Source: Acidobacteriota bacterium | Lineage (GTDB): Bacteria; Acidobacteriota; UBA4820; DSQY01 | Length of the DNA: 21,463 nt | Direction: 5' to 3' | Assembly: GCA_049967655.1 (NCBI GenBank) | Contig: JBMFSH010000039.1 | Coordinates: forward strand, 1-21,463 | Part shown: positions 15,510 through 21,463 of the stretch, in pieces | Numbering within the stretch: position 1 is the first letter of the stretch | Layout of the letters: each line of letters begins with the position of its first letter | The notes under the pieces: generated by a model | What the model was told of the DNA's origin: nothing | Seen by the model: only the letters and a program-made list of their open reading frames with translations | Database searches by the model: none | Position numbers and translations under genes: made by a program

Positions 15510-17720
15510 CTACTGCAGGGTGAAGCTCCTCGATTCGCTGATGCTCGTGGTCTTGTTTTGGATTATTTTTACTCGCCAGTAGAGGCTGGCACCGTTCAGG
15601 GCATGCTTTTGGATCCACTTCCAGGCCTGACCTGCGGGCTTCCAAAATGGCTCTTTAAAGCTGCCCCCGGTTTCCGTGCCAAGGAACCGGCCCTTGCCCT
15701 TGGGGAAGCCCGGGTCCGTAGACAGCTGCACCTCGTACTTGGCCCCCGCCACGGCCTTCCACATGAAGCTGGGGGCTGTGATCCGAGACAGCGACTGGCC
15801 ATCGCAAGGCTCCAGCAGCGTCACGCCATCACAGGGGGAGAGGGCCAGGCTCCAGAGCCCACCCTCGGGGCTCGCCACCAGGCGCGTCCCATCCGGCAGG
15901 ACCGTGACATCGTAGGCGTAGCCGGGCATCGAGAAGAGGGTGACCTGGGCGGGGACGAGCGGATCGGTGAGGTCGAACTCCTTGAGCCCTCCGAAGCCGT
16001 CGCAGAGAAGGGCCCGGTCGCCGTCGAGTAAAAGACTGGTGGCGTAAGTGGTGGAGACGGCGGTCTTCTTGACTGGTTTGGCGGGATTTGAGATGTCAAT
16101 AGGTACCAGTCCACCGGCTTCGGAGCAAACGTACAGGATGTTCGAATAGGCGTAAATCTTGCCAAACATGCTAGCAGAGGACTCCTTCCCGATGATCGTC
16201 GGGGCGGCGGGTGCAGAGACATTCAGCGCGGTAGCCCCATAGATGTTGTGGTCCACCCAGACCGTGGTAGCGCCCGAAAAGGCCGCCCCGGAGACGAAGC
16301 CGGGAGTGGCCTTCTTGCCGTACTGCCAGGTGGAAAGGGTAACGGGGCTGGCGGGATTGCTGATATCGGCGAGCACAAGCCCCTGCAGGCCCGCCGCCAC
16401 CGCCATGAGGTTGCCCTCCACGGCCACTTGGACCGCCGAACCGGTGACGGGAAGCGTGGAGAGCAGGGTAGGAACCTGGGGGGCGGAGATATCGAACACA
16501 TCTACGCCCGCCGTTTGGCAGGCGGCGAAGAGGAGGTGGCCGGAGAGGGTCATGTCCACGATGGGCTGCGCCACGGGAATGGAGGTCACCTTGACCGGAT
16601 GGGCCGAATTAGTGCAGTCCCAGACCTCCAGGTGGGAATTGGAGCCCACGTAGGCCGTGCTGCCCGTGGAGACTAATGCCGTCTTCCCCGGCTCCCCTTC
16701 GAGCACCTGCTGGGCCGTGGGCTGGGAGGGGTTGCTCAGATTCAACGCCCAAAGCCCGTTGTCGCCGCACACCGCGTAGGGGTTGCTGCCGGAGAGGGAA
16801 AGTCCCACGCACGGCGAGGGGGTCGCGGAAGAGGCCACCACGGCCGGGACCGCCGGGTTGCTCACGTCGATGATCTGAATGCCCCCATCGCCCTCCGCCA
16901 CGAGGAGCTTGGTGGGGTCTTGGGGCAGGAAGGCGCACGCCTGGCCCGGGTTGGGAAGGGTCAGCGTGCTCTCAACGGCGGGCGTGTTCCATGCTGGGAA
17001 GGAGACCAGAACGAGGCCGAGATCGCCATCCAGCGCGGCCACGAGCTGACCCTGTACGGCCAGGCTGGTGCAGGCCTTCAGGCTCTTCACGCGTTTGACG
17101 CGGCTCGGACTATTGGGGGAAGCGATAGTGTAAACGAAAATTCCCTTGCCTCCCCCAGCGGCCAAGAGGGTCTGGCCCGCCACCACGAGGTCGTAGAAAT
17201 TGGCATTGGTGAAGAACTTGTCCATGACCTTGGTCGGGTGGGAGGTATCCTTTACGTTCAGGACCTGAATGGTCTGGTCGCCGTTTGCCACGTAAGCGAA
17301 TTCGCCGTTGGAGTCCAAGGCGATCGCCAGGGCGTCAGAGGTGGCGAAGGAGCCGGTGACGTACGGTGCGGTGACATTGGCCGCGTTCACGATGAGGGTC
17401 CCGCCGTATCCGTCCGCGATAAAGACGTTGTTACCCGCCACGGCCATGTCCTGGATCGGCTCGGGCAAGCCCAACTGGCTCACCACGGTGAGCGCGGCGG
17501 GGCTGCTCTCGTCCACGATCTGGAAGTAGGGCCCGGCGGCCACCGCTCGGTAGGGAGGCGTGAGCGGAACCGAGGCCCGAATGGGAGTGGAGACCACGTT
17601 TCCCAAGACGGAGTAACCCTCCACCGTCAACTGCTGGCTTTGGGCGGCCACCCCTAGGGGGGCCAGAAGGAGCAGGGCGAGGGACGCGGCGAGCATAACC
17701 CATGGAAATCTTCTGAGCAT
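15510..17720 (-). CDS. Secreted LVIVD-repeat (beta-propeller) protein with C-terminal Fn3/Ig-like domain (736 aa)
   Basis: AAGGA RBS before ATG 17720 and a signal peptide. Repeated 'AYVA.G..GL.I(I/F)D(V/I)S.P..P' units about 40-45 aa apart. C-terminal 'P.F.W…Y.VQ.STDP.F…LYWRV' pattern. Confidence 0.85.
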   Translation of the reverse strand: MLRRFPWVMLAASLALLLLAPLGVAAQSQQLTVEGYSVLGNVVSTPIRASVPLTPPYRAVAAGPYFQIVDESSPAALTVVSQLGLPEPIQDMAVAGNNVFIADGYGGTLIVNAANVTAPYVTGSFATSDALAIALDSNGEFAYVANGDQTIQVLNVKDTSHPTKVMDKFFTNANFYDLVVAGQTLLAAGGGKGIFVYTIASPNSPSRVKRVKSLKACTSLAVQGQLVAALDGDLGLVLVSFPAWNTPAVESTLTLPNPGQACAFLPQDPTKLLVAEGDGGIQIIDVSNPAVPAVVASSATPSPCVGLSLSGSNPYAVCGDNGLWALNLSNPSQPTAQQVLEGEPGKTALVSTGSTAYVGSNSHLEVWDCTNSAHPVKVTSIPVAQPIVDMTLSGHLLFAACQTAGVDVFDISAPQVPTLLSTLPVTGSAVQVAVEGNLMAVAAGLQGLVLADISNPASPVTLSTWQYGKKATPGFVSGAAFSGATTVWVDHNIYGATALNVSAPAAPTIIGKESSASMFGKIYAYSNILYVCSEAGGLVPIDISNPAKPVKKTAVSTTYATSLLLDGDRALLCDGFGGLKEFDLTDPLVPAQVTLFSMPGYAYDVTVLPDGTRLVASPEGGLWSLALSPCDGVTLLEPCDGQSLSRITAPSFMWKAVAGAKYEVQLSTDPGFPKGKGRFLGTETGGSFKEPFWKPAGQAWKWIQKHALNGASLYWRVKIIQNKTTSISESRSFTLQ

Positions 17721-17759
17721 CGCGAATTCCTTTCCGGTACGGGGCTTCTGGCCCGCTGT

Positions 17760-17788
17760 AGTGTAGCCGCCAGCGGCTGTGGGGTCAA
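17760..17788 (-). promoter_or_regulatory. Putative sigma-70 promoter of the LVIVD gene
   Basis: - strand TTGACC-17 bp-TACACT, 40 bp before the ATG. Confidence 0.65.
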
Positions 17789-17966
17789 GGACGGGGAAAA
17801 ACATCGGGACCGGGGTTGCGGGAAAGGTGCCCCGCCGCGCGGCCGCCGGAGGACGAAGAGATTTGGCCTCTTTAGGGCGTCCCACCTTGTCCCCACAGCA
17901 TAAACAGGAGCGTTGCGGCCTCGGTGCAGGGAGCCCTCACCGCGCGTCGGCCTCTGGGAAGGCCTT

Positions 17967-19169
17967 CTAATGGGGCTGAGCCAGGGGGAGCTGGGGACGG
18001 GGCACGGAGTCCAGCACGGGGAACTCGGCGCGGAGGAGGGCGAGCATCCGGTAGTTGGGCGAATACTCTTGCGCTCTTTCAAAGGCGCGGATGCCCTCCT
18101 CTGTCCGGCCGCACCGGAGATAGGCACGCGCCAGCCAGGCGTAAAGAAAGGTATTGTTCGGCTGCCTGTTGGCGGCCCTCTTGAAGCGCTCGGCCGCCTT
18201 CTCAAACTGACCCTGGTGGTAGAGGTGAAGGCCCTGGTTGAAGAGGAAAAAGGGATCATCCCTGGCCATTTTCTCCAGCTTGGCTTCCAGCCTCCGGGCC
18301 AGTTGGGGCTGCCCGCTGCCGCGGGCCGCCTGGATGGCGTTGGTGTAGAGAGGTTCGTAGCCCGGGAAGCGCTGGATGCTGGATTGCAGGAAGGCCAGGG
18401 CACCCGCGTAGTTGCCCTCCCTCATGAGCAGGACGCCCATGTTGTTGTAGAGCTCCTTGACCAGGGGCCTGACGCCGATGAGGTACTGGAGGAGCCTCTG
18501 GGCGTAGGCGCAATCACCTTCGATCATGCGGTCCACCGCGACGTTGTTGTAGTAGAGGCACAGGGCCGTGCCGTCGTCCACCGCCTCGAACATGGCCAAC
18601 TTGTAGTCCGCCGACTCCTCGGTGAAGTCCACGATCACGGTGTAGGGATTCACCTCCTCGGGCTGCATCCTCCCTCCGTAGCCGAGGGCCATGTGCGACG
18701 AGATGAAGAAGAGGCCATCCCGCTCGTAGAGGTTCCGAGCCTCGGTGACGTGAACGAAATACATGGGTATCTTCAGGTGCCTCGCGATGGCCAGGAAGAG
18801 GTTCGTGTAGGCCAGGCAGTCGCCCTTCCGCGCCTCGAAGGCCTGGTTGGCCGTGAGCGAGAGATTGGCGGAGTACTGAAAGTGGATGTAGTTGTTATCG
18901 TTGAGGTACCGGATGATGCGGCGGATGCGGTCGAGCGGAGTGCCCGTGAACCCGATCTGCTTTTCGACCTTGGCCTTGATCGTGTCGTTCAGGGCGAAGG
19001 GGTTCTCCAGCCTGAGGCCCTGCTGGTCGCCCTGGGCCACGATCTGATCCACCGTCAGGGGCTGGGGGCCCGTCACCCTTGGGGCGCATCCCAGCACCGT
19101 GGCCCCCAGGGCCGCCACCAGCCACCCCACGCCGGTTACAGGCCTGCATCCACGGGGCATTCCGATCAT
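17967..19169 (-). CDS. Putative lipoprotein with transglutaminase-like domain and C-terminal TPR repeats (about 400 aa)
   Basis: Lipobox-like VLGC. 'TA.QAF…GDCLAY.NLFLAIARHL' carries the candidate catalytic Cys, with 'SSHM' His and 'VDF' Asp. TPRs include 'LYNNMGVLLMREGNYAGAL' and 'GQFEKAAERFKRA'. Start uncertain (19169 or 19160). Confidence 0.8.
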   Translation of the reverse strand: MIGMPRGCRPVTGVGWLVAALGATVLGCAPRVTGPQPLTVDQIVAQGDQQGLRLENPFALNDTIKAKVEKQIGFTGTPLDRIRRIIRYLNDNNYIHFQYSANLSLTANQAFEARKGDCLAYTNLFLAIARHLKIPMYFVHVTEARNLYERDGLFFISSHMALGYGGRMQPEEVNPYTVIVDFTEESADYKLAMFEAVDDGTALCLYYNNVAVDRMIEGDCAYAQRLLQYLIGVRPLVKELYNNMGVLLMREGNYAGALAFLQSSIQRFPGYEPLYTNAIQAARGSGQPQLARRLEAKLEKMARDDPFFLFNQGLHLYHQGQFEKAAERFKRAANRQPNNTFLYAWLARAYLRCGRTEEGIRAFERAQEYSPNYRMLALLRAEFPVLDSVPRPQLPLAQPH

Positions 19170-19306
19170 GCTTCTACCCCTATGCGATATGAAATATAGT
19201 TTCCTCCGCCGATGCCTCGCCACGGGGGGGCCCGCCGTGTCCTTCCACGCTCTCTATCCCCCCATACGCAAGCCTTCTCAGAGAGTTTAGGAGCCCGCAG
19301 GCCGCC

Positions 19307-19335
19307 TTGACAGGGCCATGGGTTCGGGCTATCAT
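19307..19335 (+). promoter_or_regulatory. Sigma-70 promoter of tRNA-Leu
   Basis: TTGACA-17 bp-TATCAT, 10 bp before the tRNA. Confidence 0.85.
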
Positions 19336-19345
19336 TTTCTTCCGC

Positions 19346-19432
19346 GCCGAAGTGGCGGAATTGGTAGACGCGCTGGGTTCAGGGTCCAGTGCTCTCACGG
19401 GCGTGGGGGTTCGAGTCCCCCCTTCGGCACCA
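19346..19432 (+). tRNA. tRNA-Leu (anticodon CAG), 87 nt, with encoded CCA
   Basis: Acceptor stem GCCGAAG/CTTCGGC, D-loop GGAATTGGTAGAC, anticodon loop TTCAGGG, long variable arm, T-loop GTTCGAGTCC, 3' ACCA. Confidence 0.97.
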
Positions 19433-19445
19433 AACCTGAGAAACC

Positions 19446-19478
19446 TTGGGGAGGGGCAACCCTCCCCGAAGTGTTTTT
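19446..19478 (+). terminator. Rho-independent terminator after the tRNA
   Basis: GGGGAGGG-GCAA-CCCTCCCC followed by GAAGTGTTTTT. Confidence 0.75.
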
Positions 19479-19526
19479 CACGCCATCGAAGGCACGAGAA
19501 GGGGGGCGAGAAGGGCGGGAGACGGC

Positions 19527-19580
19527 GTAGGCCCGCCGCGAGAGCGCGAGCGAAGAGCGAGCGTTCGCAGCGAGCGGGGC
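19527..19580. repeat. Imperfect palindromic REP-like element
   Basis: GTAG-GCCCGCCGCGAGAGCGC…GCGTTCGCAGCGAGCGGGGC around a central GCGAGCGAAGAGCGAGC motif. Confidence 0.4.
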
Positions 19581-19687
19581 AAGCCGAGGGCCCCGCCCAG
19601 GGAACCGTAGGCGGCCTTGAAACGGAGCCGCGAGACGCGCGAGCGGCGGTCGGCGCGCAGGGGCCGCTCGGCCCCCGCCGGATCGCC

Positions 19688-21277
19688 TCAATCGGCCGCC
19701 AGGGCGGCCTCGGTGCGGGTCTCCTCCTCCTGGGCGGCGCGGCTTCCGCGCGGCACGTCGACGCGCGAGAGGACCCAGATGCCCGCCACGAAGAACACGG
19801 CGATGGAGACCACGCTGTCCCGAGGGTCCCCCGTGAGCTCGCCCACGAGGCCGTACAGGAGGGGCCCCAGGATGCCCGAGAACTTCTCGAAGAGGCCGTA
19901 GATGCCGAAGAACTCTCCGGATTTCGCGCGGGGCGAGAGTTCGGCGTAGATGGAGCGGCTGAGGGCCTGGGTGCCTCCCTGCACGGCGCCCACCATCCAA
20001 CCGAGCATGAAGAACTCTGCGGGCGTATGGAGCACGTACCCCCACAGCGGAACCACGGTGTAGATGATCAGTCCCATGATGACCACCCTCTTGGCATCCA
20101 GTCTCGCGGCGAGGGGCGCGAAGAGGCGCCTGCCGAGGGTCATCGCGAAGAGGGTGCCCAGCGCCTGGTCGGCCCCGATGAGGGCGAAGGCCCGGGGCAG
20201 ACCCAGGCCGGGCCGGGAGTGGGTGTACCAGCCGAGCAGGGGCAGGGTCGCGCCCGTCCAGAGCACCATCGCGACGTACGTGCCCCGCCAGCGGTGGGAA
20301 GCGTCGGGTATGCGTCCAAAGATGAGGGCGTAGGGGAAGGCCACGAACTGTGTCAGCAGGAGCATCCCGATGAGGAGGCCCGTGTCCAGGCCCAGGGCGG
20401 CCCCGTAGGCGGTGGCCAGCAGGATGATGGCCCCCACTCCCTCCATGTAGAACCAGTAGGCCACCAGCATCGTGAAGAGCTCCCGGTACCGGCGGAGGTC
20501 TCGGAGGGTGCGGCGCAGCCTCACCACCGAGTCCCGGAGCGCATTGCCGCTACCCCCTGCCAGCGGGGTCGCCGGGGGCTCGGGAACGGCGAAGAGGAGG
20601 GGGGCCGTGAAGGCGATCCACCAGAGGCCCACAGTCAGGAAGGCGATGCGCGGTGCTAGGCCGGGCGGGAGGCCCAGCCGCCCCGAGAAGAGGTAGAGCG
20701 CGGCGTTGAAGGCCAGCAGGAGGCCGCCTCCCACGTAGCCCATGGCGTATCCCAGGCTGGAGGCGCGGTCCAGGTCGTCCGGCCTGGCCACGTGCGGCAG
20801 CAGGCTGCTGTTGAGACCGAGCGCGATGTTGACGCACACCTGCGTGAGGAAGTAGAGCACGAGCCCGAGGACCCACCGCCCCGTGGTGAGGGTGAACATC
20901 ATGGAGGCGAGGACCCCGCCGGCAGCCGTCACCAGGAGGAGGATGCGCTTCCGGCGGCCGGTGATGTCGGCGCAGGTCCCGATGAGGGGCGCCAGGAGGG
21001 CGGCCGCGAAGAGCGCCAGGGAGATGGTGAAAGCGAACGCGTTGGAGGCCGCGTCGCGGGAGGCCGCCGCGGCCGTCGGATCGCCCGCCGCCTTGCCCGC
21101 CGCGAGGAAAGCCGGGGCGGCGATGGCGATGAAGTACGGGGGGAAGAAGGTGGAGGCGGTGGTGGTGACGTAGGCGTGGTTCGCCCAGTCGTACCATGAC
21201 CAGGCAAAGACCCGCCGCCGGTAGCGCTTCTCCGAAACGGCGGCAGGGACCGTCGCAATGGGAGCGGCCTCCGCCAC
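19688..21277 (-). CDS. MFS transporter, UMF1/ATG22-like family (529 aa)
   Basis: 'W.WYDWAN', 'P..G..AD..GRRKR', 'SSLGYAMGYVGGG', 'GGTQALSRS', 'SGEFFGIY….KFS.ILGP'. GTG start at 21277 with GGAGG RBS. Confidence 0.88.
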   Translation of the reverse strand: MAEAAPIATVPAAVSEKRYRRRVFAWSWYDWANHAYVTTTASTFFPPYFIAIAAPAFLAAGKAAGDPTAAAASRDAASNAFAFTISLALFAAALLAPLIGTCADITGRRKRILLLVTAAGGVLASMMFTLTTGRWVLGLVLYFLTQVCVNIALGLNSSLLPHVARPDDLDRASSLGYAMGYVGGGLLLAFNAALYLFSGRLGLPPGLAPRIAFLTVGLWWIAFTAPLLFAVPEPPATPLAGGSGNALRDSVVRLRRTLRDLRRYRELFTMLVAYWFYMEGVGAIILLATAYGAALGLDTGLLIGMLLLTQFVAFPYALIFGRIPDASHRWRGTYVAMVLWTGATLPLLGWYTHSRPGLGLPRAFALIGADQALGTLFAMTLGRRLFAPLAARLDAKRVVIMGLIIYTVVPLWGYVLHTPAEFFMLGWMVGAVQGGTQALSRSIYAELSPRAKSGEFFGIYGLFEKFSGILGPLLYGLVGELTGDPRDSVVSIAVFFVAGIWVLSRVDVPRGSRAAQEEETRTEAALAAD

Positions 21278-21311
21278 GCGCACCTCCCTGGAAGAGCGGA
21301 GCGTTCCGCAC

Positions 21312-21340
21312 AGCGTGCACCCGCCCGCCACGCAGGTCAA
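21312..21340 (-). promoter_or_regulatory. Possible sigma-70 promoter of the MFS gene
   Basis: - strand TTGACC-17 bp-CACGCT. The -10 element is weak. Confidence 0.3.
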
Positions 21341-21463
21341 GCCCGGAGGGATTGCCCTCAGAAGGCACATCTGTTCAAGATAGACGGCCTTGGCGGCTCC
21401 GGACCACGGCTGGGCCTTGGCCGCGCCTTTGGCGCGGCGCTGGGGGCCTGGTCCGGGCGCGTC

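Noticed and set aside
19346..19432. Genomic island integrated at tRNA-Leu
   Set aside because: No integrase and no duplicated tRNA 3' end within the window.

Overview
GC-rich bacterial window. An Acidobacteriota-like origin is inferred from the Oar-type TonB-dependent receptors and a recognisable C-terminal domain remnant. On the + strand: an ABC-exporter-type permease, a frameshifted remnant of a secreted-protein C-terminal domain, an Oar-like TonB-dependent receptor (TBDR1) and a methionine gamma-lyase-like PLP enzyme. On the - strand, converging on these: a transglutaminase-like/TPR lipoprotein, an LVIVD-repeat secreted protein, a second Oar-like receptor (TBDR2) and a complete pstSCAB-phoU operon with a Pho-box-like promoter. 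tRNA-Leu(CAG) (+) and a UMF1/ATG22-like MFS transporter (-) close the window. The most interesting signal is non-coding. Both receptor genes have upstream clusters of the same palindrome (YGYCA-N3-WGRCR), and TBDR2 also has a well-spaced sigma-54 -24/-12 promoter, suggesting a shared enhancer-driven regulon. Other points: an Asp-to-Glu change at the PstS phosphate-selectivity residue, a Cys-to-Pro change in the lyase active site, a two-helix insertion in the MFS protein, a REP doublet and several 7-8 bp repeat arrays. No CRISPR, prophage or intact transposase is visible.
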